Shown here in pieces: positions 52,051 to 64,000 of a stretch of DNA of 64,000 bases. The translations under genes were made by a program, and so were the position numbers. Under the pieces are notes generated by a model that was given only the letters and a program-made list of their open reading frames with translations, was not told where the DNA came from and searched no databases. Location of the stretch: positions 248,001 through 312,000 of the forward strand of contig JAHLTZ010000013.1 of the NCBI GenBank assembly GCA_025786725.1, read 5' to 3'. The first letter of the stretch is position 1. The number at the start of each line of letters is the position of its first letter. The DNA comes from Syncephalis fuscata S228. Lineage: Eukaryota; Fungi; Zoopagomycota.

Positions 52051-54548
52051 TCAAGATTTTCGAGCAATAATAACTTGTAATAGCCAGATTGTACGGAAAC
52101 AATTGACTTCTTTTTGCCATGCGGCAATTATGGCGTCGAATTCGCCGTTATCGAGTGCAAATAGATTGCTGATATATTCACGATGCTCTTCAAGAACACT
52201 GCAAATTTCTGCAAATCCTGATACGCCCATTGTACCCGCCCATTGGCCGACAGCAATAGGAAACTCGTGCGTTTCCAGTATATGAAATCCAGAGTATTTG
52301 ATATCATGTTTTAATTCCTGAATAGTTGGCGGTACTGTGTTTTGTAGATTAAACGTACTTTCCAGCCAAATGTTGATTTGCTGGCCTATTTCTCCTACAT
52401 TGCGCATGATGAGATCCCGCTCGCGCACCTCAAATAGGCCACCATGCTTACAAACACGATAACATTCATGCCAATAGCTAGGTTGTATATCACGCGGCAC
52501 ATGTGGCGTAACAAACCGATGATGCAAATAGTCGAATTCTTCATTTTGATAAGGAAGTGCTATTATAACAATAACATGTAAGATAATGCAATGATTAGTC
52601 ATGGTATAAACGACAAAAAGTAAACGTGTTGAACATAGGAGCACGCATACTTACCGGTCATACTGATAGCAAGACGGAACTGGCAGTTGGTCGGAAGTAC
52701 TGAAGATGGCTGTGCCGGTAGCAAATCTACACCATACACTTGGCAGGTGGGATATTCTGAGGCCATCTCAAGCGCCCATACACCTGAGCCAGTCATGATG
52801 TCGAGCACTTTGCCTGTAATATTGACGACTGCCAAATGATTTGCATGTAGAAAAGTACGCAGTAAATAATGTAGCTGATCTTGTCTATAGTTCTAAATTA
52901 ATAAATGTTTTTTATATTTGTTTGTTACTCACCGATCCAGTTCATGTTGGTCTTTCTTCGTGATGGCCGGCAGTACAGACTTGGCGCGAAACCGACGCCG
53001 TGAATGACTGATACTTGATCGTGTGGTATCGATACTTTTCCGTCTCGAAGAGCAGATACTTGCTGCGCTACGAACACTTCCATTACGGCTAATGGTTGCT
53101 GTTGTGGTATCGTTCGATTTAAGCATAATAGAATCGATACTCATACTGCGGCCCGAAAGTGATGTGCCAGCCGAGCGGCACGTCACCTCGTGTACCGTAA
53201 CGGAAGAGCCACCACGATGATTGGCAAGCGAATTTGAATGAGATACTTGACGCTTATGTTGTTTCTGACCGCCAGCGGTGGCAGATAGAATAAACGCATT
53301 TAAATTGTTGTTCGAGTTTGACGGAGTCAGCGTCGAAGAAGAGTTATTCAATTTGAATTGATGGCCAAGTCCTGTTGGCTGAATCGATTTAAGTGTAGGT
53401 GGTAATGATTTTCGTAGCATTTTAAATGACGCTGAGCGTGATATCAACGGTGTTGCTGGTAAAGCCGAATGGGGCGAGGATGGTGGCGGTGATGATGGTA
53501 ATGGTGGTGGCGGCGATGATGGTAATGGTGATGGTGGTGGCATTCGTGCAATAGCGGATGCTGAAAAGAAGTTTATCGAGTCGGGCGATGGTGGCAATGG
53601 TGGCAAGCGCGATGGTTGTCTATCCCAAGCGCTAGGGCCAGCCAAGCCGTAATATTGTTGCTGCTCTTGTTGCTGCTTCTCACTGTATAATGGTTGAAGT
53701 GCAGAATGTGACGGTGGATCTAAAATAAGCGTTGTGTTGTGGTTAATGCTGTTAATGTAGTCGCGTTTTGAGGAGGCGATATGAGTGCCAGAATAGGTAC
53801 GCGCCATTCTAGCATATGGCAGTGCAGGCGTTTTCTCCGCCGATGGCGTTGAGAAATCATCGCAAGAGTTTGTAACGTTCTCACATACATAGAACGAAGC
53901 GGTAAATAACTCACTATCGAGTTCTCTATCAGTGTATAAGTCGTAGAATAGGGAAGAATCCGATCGATAATCTACCGATGGACAGGAAGACTGGCCAAGA
54001 AGGCAGGTTTCACAATTGGAACAGTCGCCGTAGCTGCTATGCTCGGAATCAATGACATTAGATATGGTTTCATAGGCGGCGACTTGCTCGAACTTTCGCC
54101 ATCTCATACCAATCGATCTAACACTGCGATCTTCGCCGTCTTTGGCGGAATACGAGCTTTTCGCATAGGTCGACATCGATAAGGAGTCGCCGCTGCTTTT
54201 TGGCTCCTCACTCGAGGTGTGTCGACGACGCCAGAAGCGAATATTTTTTCCAATGCGGCGCAGCTTCTCGGTTGCCACCGCAGATAAGGGGCGGGACCCT
54301 TTTATACCACCAGAATTATTTTGTAGATCATCTTGCGATGGCATATGACATAGTGTAGAATAGGGGATTCTACCGGGTCCAGCACTTTGTAGCAATGTCG
54401 CAAATGATCGCTGATGTCTCATAGTCTGTTGGGACTGGCGTGGAGGAGATTGTGATCGTCTATAGGATGCGTTTTCAAGATGTCTTGCTGTCGGCGATGA
54501 AACTGACGATAACGGCGATGATGGCCAGAGCAGTTCAGGTGTGGGCAT
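52051..54548 (-). CDS. LaeA-like methyltransferase (copy 2) with ~540-aa Ser/Pro-rich N-terminal extension
   Basis: VLP..HELDR|QDQLH, VLDIMTGSGVWA, LPY..FDYLHHR, RVCKHGG, AVGQWAG; start assumed at MPTPELL (54548). Confidence 0.85.
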
Positions 54549-54740
54549 TATCAAGCAGCGATAGGGACGTTTAATAGTAAGTATCCAATTTGATACTTTT
54601 CTAGAATGCCGTATTACTGCCAAGAACTTTACTCGTTTTGAATTGCAAGTGTTGTCGTTATTTCTTATTCAATAGTCAGCCGTGGCTTACTAGGTTAGCC
54701 TTGGCTATAATAACTATTGTTTTGAAGCAAGCAAAACAAG

Positions 54741-54766
54741 CAATCAATCAATCAATCAATCAATCA
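54741..54766. repeat. (CAAT)n microsatellite
   Basis: caatcaatcaatcaatcaatcaatca. Confidence 0.9.
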
Positions 54767-56721
54767 AAAAGCCAACGTGTAACTTGAGTGTTCAAAAATT
54801 GTTTGAAGCAGTGAGTTTACACTGAAGGTGGTGTGAGCTGCGTAGATAATGGTAAACTATGATATACAACATCAAATAAAACAATTAGCAACTTAGGAGA
54901 ATAAACTAAAATAATGTATAATTGATGGCAAAAACACACGTCATACTACATTGAAAAAGAATGATATGTTTACTGTGGTGGCACAGGTCATACTGCGTGT
55001 CATCTGCGGTACTGCATAACTGGAAAAGGGGGATGCAGGCGCGCGTATAGAACAAACAGCGGCCGTGTCTAAAGAGACCGGACCAGCAGGTGACATAGCA
55101 ATATTTGCACGTTTAACAGGTAGGCTACTTACTTGTACGTTAGTAAAGTCGTCAAAATTGCGGTCAGTAAGCGTAAACGTTATCGTTAAAGTTGTAGAGA
55201 ATGCTGGTTAGAATACCGGAGCATTAATTCGTAAATCGTAAAAAAATCAGTAAAACGGAATTGACGTCGTTAGTTTTAGCTGAGTAGGTGCGTAATGGTG
55301 GGGTTCACTGTCGAAACGGGTATTGGAAATGGGCCACTGGTTAAATAGAATGTCCCCGAGAATAGAGGAGCTGTTTGTGCTGAAACATAAATGAACTTGG
55401 CCCAGCACATAGTGGCAGAGACGTTTGAAGCGACAAGCATCGATAGTGTGCAACATAAGTGCACCAGTGTGATCCAATAGCTATAATTAAATTTAACGAA
55501 TAAGCGAAGAGCCGTGGAGCGAAGATTTATTCGCGTCACCACGTGAAATTTGCGTTGAGTCCATGTGTACTTGAGACAGGCTAAGTAAAAGCAAGCGGCA
55601 TCGAGTGAGCATTTCTGGGCAGCATTTCTTACAAAAGCTCATTGCCGAACACAATCAAATAGCAAGAAAGATGGGCGACTTCCCGTCATGACTGTCATGC
55701 GACAAAGGCACCCACAAGAAATAAGTGAAATTTACCGCCTAAAAGGCAATTCAGAGCAAACATGAAACAAACTCCTGAATAGCGAATTTATCCATGCTAG
55801 CTAAACGAACTTCTGTGTATGTGTCCGTGTGTGTTTCAGACTATGAACGAGAGCATAACCATGTTAAATGTTTAATTACGCCGTAAATTAAAGTTGGTAA
55901 TGTAATTTGCTCCAATTGGTTAGCTATTCGACCAATCGATTAACGGATCGTTTAAATTAAACTAAAAATAAACTGCATCTGTAGGTGCTTATTAGGCTGT
56001 TTTGTAAAATTAGCAATAAATGGCTTTTATTCTTATAGCACAAATAAAAACCAATCAGCTATTAGAAAATGAAGTTAGGAGATGGTAGTACTGTGGTAGC
56101 GACGACGACGGTGGCAATCCTATGGTCACTTATCTATCTGCCCTATTGTGTTCTCAATAACCAGATAAGGATGAACGCACCGGGTCGCACCAAGTGCATT
56201 GTAAAACTGGACAGAAAATAAAGCAAAAGGCTTAATTGCTTGCGTAGACAAGCGTCAATGACGCACACTATCCAGATGACGCCAGCACTAACAATGGTGC
56301 GAATGGGGCGCTGGTGGTACGCCATGAGCAACTGGAAATAAAGTATTGCCTTGTAGTAGTCATTTTTAGCATGACAATGCCAAACATTAATGTTTCATAG
56401 GCGCTAATGAGTATTGAATTGTCTACTATTATGCGTGTCATTGCAACTATTGTTGTTTGATATTGTATGGATTTATTAATCAATAATTATTATAAAGTGT
56501 ATATTTATAAATAATTTAAACCAAATCTCCAATTTTGTACTAAAAAAGTTTATTTATTCCTTTTTAATAGCTATATAAATATGTGTGCGTATATTTATAT
56601 GGTATGTGCGTGTGATAAATTGAATAAGGTAGTCTTAATCGCAAAAAGTACATGCAGCAGACCGAGATGGCCACTGTTAAACAAAAATGTTTCATTCGTG
56701 TTGGTCGAATTCGATACTGTA

Positions 56722-57883
56722 CTACCAGCTTTCTCCGTCTAAACAAGTATTTTGAGAAGATCCCATCGTGCCACCGGGACGACGCGCCGAGTATATGTGC
56801 ATGTTCGTAATACTTGGAAGCTTGTTCACTTCCGCCTGCCATTCGACCATGGTTTGCTCAAACTCCCATGCGACTATTCCGTCGTCTAAAAGTATATTTT
56901 TCATTACGCGGGCGTAGCTATTCCAGCCCAGCCAAGCCATCTGTCCATACTCTCCTGCATTGCATCCGATCGGGATGCTGATCATGCGATGTTCGATGTT
57001 AATAAAACCAGCGTTGCGAAGTAGATCGGGTAGTTTGTGAATATCACGTAGGTCAAGATGCCGCTGAGCTAGTGAATTCGATATCCAATCTTCCATGCGT
57101 TGGGCAGCTGGGCCTATCGATAGCTGGGTACCATCAAATTCTGCAAACTCGACCTGACCTCCAGGCACAAGTGCTCTGTAGTAGTCGGCGCATAGCTGCG
57201 GCCATTGTTCTTTGCGCGTTACAATATTAAACAGCTGCTGGTGAATATAATCAACCGATTTTTCGGCAAATGGCAATCCTAAACGATAATGTTAAAACGA
57301 GCGAGTTTATGCAATAATCAATAGCACTACCTTCAAACACGTCACGTTGAATAAATTTACAATTAGGCATGACATTATGTTTACTAACTTCGATATCTAT
57401 ATCAATACCGTAGCACTGAGTGTCTGGAAATTTATTAGCCATATCCTAGATAATTGCCACTGAGTATGCGTAATATTTTTTGGTGTACATGTGTTTACCT
57501 TTATCCAAACACCAGTACCACTACCAATATCGACAATACGTCTCGGGTTTGTGAGGGGTACATTGTGCAATGCGCCGCCCATATTAAGAACAATTTTATG
57601 AAGAAAATTCAGTCTAGATATCATGCAGCGCAGCCACTATTAATTTCAGACAAACATACTTCCGTTTCATCAAATGACATACCGATCAATTTCCTCTACA
57701 CTCATATCAAGCACATATTCCCTTCGCTCTGTATTATCAGAATCTAATTTGTGTTGTTGTAAGATATGGTCAGTCTAACTCTAATATATGACAACATTGT
57801 TGAAAAACGTATTGTTACTTGCTTTCGCTTCGAGTCTCCGAGCCTTTGTATGGGCGAAGCTTTGTACTTTGACTATTGCCCAT
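56722..57883 (-). CDS. LaeA-like methyltransferase (copy 3), multi-exon
   Basis: MGNSQST start; IVDIGSGTGVW, LPF..VDYIHQ, RALVPGGQVE, PIG. Confidence 0.88.
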
Positions 57884-60009
57884 ATTAACCGAATAAATAA
57901 TTGTATCGACTGAATGTGATAGTGCTAGATAATTTTGTTAAGTGATAATAACAGTATTCAAGTCACAAATATACACGTATAATACCGGAGATACAATTAA
58001 AAAACAATGCGCTATTAACGTCAAGCTTTGAACAAAAAGGTGGCACGAAGGAGAAAAGGCTGAATATGTAGTCAACCAGCAGTCTTTTAAATTCATGATG
58101 CTAGTATTGACTACACCAATGACAGTTGCAGCCACCACACGTTATTAAAACTGCTTTTTTGGGCATATAAGAAAAGCTAAGGCAGTGATATGACAAACAT
58201 ATTTTGAAAAAAAGAAAGCAGATTAAAGGATAATGCATGGTAGTATGGCCTTGGAATGTGCGAATTAAATATGCAATGCAAACCAAGCATTCCAAGCAAC
58301 TTGATTCACGGCTAAATTGCTAGCTATGCACAAGCAACTAATTCGTGTAATATTCATATTTATTGGAATGCTTACTATGTTAATGATCTAGAGTCATGCA
58401 TTGCAGATAATGGTCAAGGTGGGTCGTAGCCAACTATAGAATTCCCAACATGCTTGCCAACAAAGAGTAATATACCTTGTTATCAGCGTTAATGGATATG
58501 CATGCTGCTGTTGGCTATGCGTTTGATTACATATATGGCCAGTAGACTATCTAGCTGACTAGCACCTTGAGAGATGACATGTGTGCATAAAACTTGGATT
58601 GCTCAACATCGATTACATGCAATTACAATTTAGCCTGTTTTAGAAATCTCATTGAAAATTCTCGGCAGAGGGGAAAATTAATGGCTGCATATTACGATGC
58701 TTGTTGATTGGTATCACATGACCGGACTGGGATGATGCATTATTTGCATTGATAAATATGGAAATGTACAACCAATCAGTTAATAGAATATGCCATTGAA
58801 GCCTTTTATTTGTTTAATAAAGTATACGGGTTTACATAGTAAAAAATTATTGAATCCAGTATTGATAGCAATATCGATGCTATTTTTCACCATTGTTTAA
58901 ACGGTTGTTTTTGTGATATTGTTACAAAACCTGGTGTATGGTTAAGTAATGTTTGCTAAGCAACCTGGATAGAAGAGAAAGCAATAAAGGTAGCTTAGTC
59001 AATTGTTAATTACTTAAATTAATAAATATTATTAATTTAATAGCTTAACAACTTTTATTACCACTAAATAACTTATTCAGCAATTTAAAACATAAGTCTC
59101 AACTATATAAACCTAACATTAAGTTAAAAGTAATCTGAAGTAAAAAAGCTATTTATTTAATGTTTTGCCAGTAGTTAAATGGCGAGTAAATGCAATGAAC
59201 CCTGATGGGGAAAACCTTAGAGTACAATGAGGCTTAAACTAAATTTCGTTGAATCATGTAATTTAGGCAATAGTAACAATATTTTATATAATTTACCATA
59301 TGATATAGCTAGCAAAATCGTTTTTATTGTAAAATTTATTTTTTACGCAATAAAAGTATTTTATTTAACAAATATGTGCTACTATAAATTCATTGTAGAA
59401 TGTCGGTCGGTGTATAGATACATTTATCACTTGCTCATTTAAATTGCTTTTTAAAGCTAATTAAACTCTACTAAATTGTGTAATTTGGAAAGCACATCAA
59501 TGCCGGTGATAATAATTAAATCCCCACTAACTAAATGACTTATTCACTATAGCATTATAATTAACCATTTATAATTTCCAACTTTTACTTTAACGTTGTA
59601 AATAACATATTAGTTGTACACATATATTTTTATTAATGTTATTCTACAGTATATTGGGCTTTGCGTAATAAAAAAAATAAAACAACAAGTTACATAATTC
59701 AGTTTTGACTAAAATGGTTTTGACAATAATAACAGACATCCTAATAGTAGTATTAAATAATAGTGCCGTTCTATTATAGTTGATTAGCTACAGATTAGAA
59801 TAATGCATATTTTGTAATGACAGTATATAGCCATATTAGTTCAAACGATACAACCAACAAAGTGCTAATATTGCAAAAAACAAATTATTTATTTACTACA
59901 TAAAGCAAACAATAGAAACTATGTTAGAGCGAAGAATTAAGTTGAGAGCGGCCTGCGCTTACAAAAAAACAGTCATATTAGCTATGATCAGCCATTAATG
60001 ATGAGCAAA

Positions 60010-61355
60010 TCATTTTGGGCGCTGTGCTGTGTAGATACAAACGTTATAATACGTTTGTGTTATGTCAGTCTCCCTCTCGTAGCCTGCAAGCAGCCAGTCC
60101 ATTTCTTCTTCGGATGTGATACCTGCCTCCATCATGGCTTTCCGATGAGTACCTAGTTTGGCAATATTATCCTGCAAAAGTAGCGTGCCAATTTGGCCGC
60201 CCCATTTGCCAATAGGCAAAGAGACTACTGTTCTTTCTACATTGATAAAGCCAGCAGTGTGTAGTATATCGCTAAGTTGTCGGAGTAGCTCAAGATCGAC
60301 ACCGTTTGCAAGAGCAAAGCGATGAACCAGCATATTGATGGCACCAGCCACAGGACCGCACTCAAGATGACGGTCGTCTGACTCGGTTAATTGTATCCAT
60401 CCGCCGGGACGTGTGCTGTGAAATAGTTCAGAAAAGCAATAATGCCAAAATTCCGATGGTATTTCCGTGAGGCGATGACGCCAATAAATTAAATCAAATT
60501 GTTTTCTGTAAGCCGAAAGTCCTAAAAACAAATCAATATCAAATAAAATGATACCTTTAAATTTTACTTACCATCAATAATGTTTGCCTGAACAAACCGG
60601 CAGTTTGGCAAATTGTGATTGTACGGAAACAGATTTTGCGAATCCATACCAATGACTTGGCAATGCGGCAGTTCCTTGGCCATGCTTAGTGCCCAATCAC
60701 CCTCACCTGTTCCTAGATCCAAAACAGATTCCAGGTTCAAGACGGGGGCGATAAATAGTTCGCCAAGTACAAACTGGTAAAGTTGATGTTTCCAAAGCGA
60801 TTTTGTCAAATGTTGCCCCGTTTCAGTGGCAGGCCATTTGTCCAATAGCGCATCCATATCAATATCAACCTCATCTGTATCTCTTCTGTTTGCCATTGTT
60901 GTGACAGCAGTTGTTATGGCCGATGTATGTCCATACAAAGCAGTTTTTTTATTACCACGTCGTAAATTGCTCATAAAAGCATAAAATCGAGTGGAATTTG
61001 AATTGGCCGTCATGAAATTGGCCACTGATAGTGACAATGGCAGTTTAGAAGGGTGCTGTTTTACCATGATCCACCAGAAATGACGACCTATTGGATCAGC
61101 GGAATCAAGACTGTAGCTAGTTTCGCTGTTTACAGATCTTAATGAACGATTGCTCTTTTTTCGTGGCAAACGGCTTGACAAAACGCCTGTAATCGTTTGC
61201 ACGAAAGCAGTTGACTGGGTGTTCTGGCCAGCATTGATGGCCCGGTGCGAGAAAGACGAGGAGCGATGAATTTGAGGCAGAGATGAATTTTGCCCAACAT
61301 TAAAGACTATTTTAGGATTATTGGGCGACTGGCGTTTGGAAGAGTTATTGCCCAT
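60010..61355 (-). CDS. LaeA-like methyltransferase (copy 4), 2 exons
   Basis: MGNNSSK start; VLDLGTGEGDWA, FDLIYWR, TRPGGWIQ, PIGKWGG. Confidence 0.9.
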
Positions 61356-62004
61356 GATAAAAGGCGATTATTTTAGAATGCAATTATAAACTTTTGGATA
61401 ATAATTTCAAAGTAGTGCATGTGCCTATCCGTCGATTGATCGAAGAGAATGCTGATGTATTAAATTACAAGAGTAAAACGCTATAAACTAAACGAGATTG
61501 TAGAAATAACAAGAGAACAAAATTGATAAGCAAAAGCAAGGAAATAACCAGAAACTAATTTTACTAGAATAACGAGAAATATTGTTGATGACTGCTTAGC
61601 ACGCTATTGCCGCTGGCAACTAGGTGATGGAGTAAATAGAGCAGGAACAAAAGAAGCCACTAGGCCGGTCAATGGTTGTCAAGAGATAGGGGATGGTTTT
61701 TAATATTAGGCGAAGTAGGATATAGAAATAGTAGATGCCACGTCAAGAAAGACAGCAACTGACCGGTCAGTAGGCAAAACAAAGTAGAAGAAAGAATGGG
61801 GACTGACGCGGCTTTCGTCAAAATATAGACATTGCCGTGCACCAAAGGCAATGATTCTCAGCGCTGTGTACGTAGACAGGTTGGTCACTTTACCGCAGTC
61901 AGTTGCAACAATAATAAAACATAACAATCTTGCTTTCCAGGGACAGTCTCTCAATTAGTGCACATATGATGATAACAACAATAGACAGCACAACCACCAC
62001 AGTA

Positions 62005-62029
62005 GCAACAACAACAACAACAACAACAA
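62005..62029. repeat. (CAA)n microsatellite
   Basis: gcaacaacaacaacaacaacaacaa. Confidence 0.9.
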
Positions 62030-62781
62030 TGGACAAGGTTTGGCTGACACAATTAGGAGATCAAGGATAGTGTGTGAAACAATGCACGGATGAGAGGATA
62101 CATAAACGCACACACGCACATACGTTGTTCCGAATTAAAGGGAGCGAAGGATCTGCATCATGTATTGAATCTACATAAAAAACAACAATGCCACCAGTTT
62201 TACGCACAGCAAATAGAGCGTCAAATTACAAAGAGCCCATTGACACATCAGTACAATTTTCTCGGCTTCAAAGTCACACTCTTTGTCTGTCAAGGTATGC
62301 GAATGTCAAACACTATGGCTTTTTCTCTCCCCTCTTCCATTCTGAAATCCTTTATGTTATTTTTAACTGGCATGTTCAAGGTCATTTCGGGTTATTTTGG
62401 CGACATTATTTAATAAATAAAAGCGCAGAAACCGACGATATGTCATTACCTATTGTGTAAAAGAACAGCTATACTAGAAATCTAAAACATTGGTTGTAAC
62501 AATAATAGCTAAACGGCACAGTTATTCAAAGGCCATTGGTGGCACAACGACCCTGCAAGCTACAGCTTTGTAGTATATTAAATTCAGGTAACTTGCCACT
62601 TAGAAGCAACAAAAGGAGAAAAATCTGGCTACAACGCATAGTTTAATACAGTTTGATACAAGTATCAATTATCTTAATATTGATTGCCTGATAACATTGT
62701 TTATTATCTGTTTGTTTGTTACAAAAGACTAAATGCGAACTAGATTACCATCATATGTAGAATCACGGTGCATTGAGCCAA

Positions 62782-64000
62782 TTATCCAGGGCGCTGCCCC
62801 GTGTATACATAGTATCTTACATATGGCTTGGTTATCTCTATCTCTTTTTCCCATTCCTCAACCAATGACGGAACTTCGTTTGGTCCAAAAAGACCCGCTT
62901 GAATTGCACCAGGAGCAATGACACTGGCAATAGATTTGACATCCAATAGCATTTGCTGACCTATTTTCCCGCCCCAGAGGCCTAAAGGTACGTCATACGC
63001 CCGCGTAGTCACCTGCATAAACCCGGCGTCGGTCAATTTTCCGTCTAGCTGCTGAATTTTGGTTGGATCGCAGTTCCGCATAGCAAGCAGTTTTCGTGCT
63101 ACATCAGTCATTCGGTTACTGATTGGACCGCCTTGTCGATAGAAAGCATCCCATTCGACTATTTCAATCCAGCCTCCAGGACAAGTGACACGGTAAACTT
63201 CTAATAGCAAGGTTTGCCATTTGTTCGTTGGAATAAATGCCAACTGGAAGCGGATGTGCACATAATCAAAAAGCTCAGATGCACAGTTAAGTCCTGTAAA
63301 TAAACAGTGTTAAATATGCCAAAATAGTATAACTTTTTCTATACCTTCGAGTATGTTCATAGACTCAAATCGACAATTAGGGGGCATTGTACTTTGCGGA
63401 TAGCATGCTTCTGAATCTACTCCAAGAAATAATGTGTTTGGAAAATCGGTCGCCATTTCCTATTAATGACCATTAGTAAATCAAAACTTTAGCTACAATA
63501 GCCTACCAGTGCCCAAACACCAGTGCCAGTGTTAATATCCAATGCACGCTTTACATTGTCGAATGGTACAAAATAATTGCGTCCAAATATTGTGTTCATT
63601 AGATAATGTTTATTGCTTTCACTATAATGCATTAAATTTAGATATTGCTCCAGTGTTATTATTAAATAGAAAAGCGTAATTACCGTGCCATTTCATCCTG
63701 AGTTCTTGGTACAAGTACGCCGTTTTCTGCTATAGAGCGTAGGATACTTGTATCGTCTAATGGAGTTTGCCCATGGCCTTCATCTAGTTCCGTATCTATC
63801 TCGTAATTTGTTGATGCCGAACTCTTTCGTCGAGGTGTTGCTGGTACTGAATAGGCACTTGCCCTTGGCGAACCAATAAAATGCTCTAACGATCGTGTTT
63901 TTCGGTGTATAAAATTGTAGAATTTTGACTTGTTTGGCCTATATAAATCATCTTTATGATCTCTTCTTTCTTGTTCTTCTGGAATATCACCTCGATCGTC
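62782..64000 (-). CDS. LaeA-like methyltransferase (copy 5); 5' end beyond window
   Basis: ALDINTGTGVWA|EMATDFP, FDYVHIR, RVTCPGGWIE, PLGLWGG. Confidence 0.9.

Noticed and set aside
39284-64000. Secondary-metabolite gene cluster (acyltransferase plus methyltransferases)
   Set aside because: No PKS, NRPS, terpene synthase or transporter in the window; unrelated genes intervene

Overview
AT-rich eukaryotic DNA with many short (~40-60 nt) GT-AG introns. Gene content points to an early-diverging fungus, possibly a Zoopagomycota/Syncephalis-type mycoparasite (inference, not verified). Housekeeping genes (Csm1/Pcs1, SSL1, FBP1, MDM38/LETM1, SDO1, CLPP, TRM10, an SDR, F-box, G-patch and YML020W-like genes) are interrupted by accessory blocks. 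(1) A 10.5-kb cassette (19693-30167) in which two near-identical ~3.3-kb inverted arms flank a 14-exon non-RD kinase with a degenerate FHA-like domain; a third ~415-bp copy lies at 7.9-8.3 kb. (2) A 39-47 kb island with an intronless HXXXD acyltransferase, its pseudogene, a degenerate Fanzor/TnpB-like nuclease 3' fragment not present in the ORF track (42430-42723, - strand) and a secreted pseudokinase-like gene. (3) A tandem array of five LaeA-like SAM methyltransferases (48.5-64 kb). Also present is a secreted gene encoding only a fungalysin propeptide. All calls come from manual translation and motif recognition; no searches were run.
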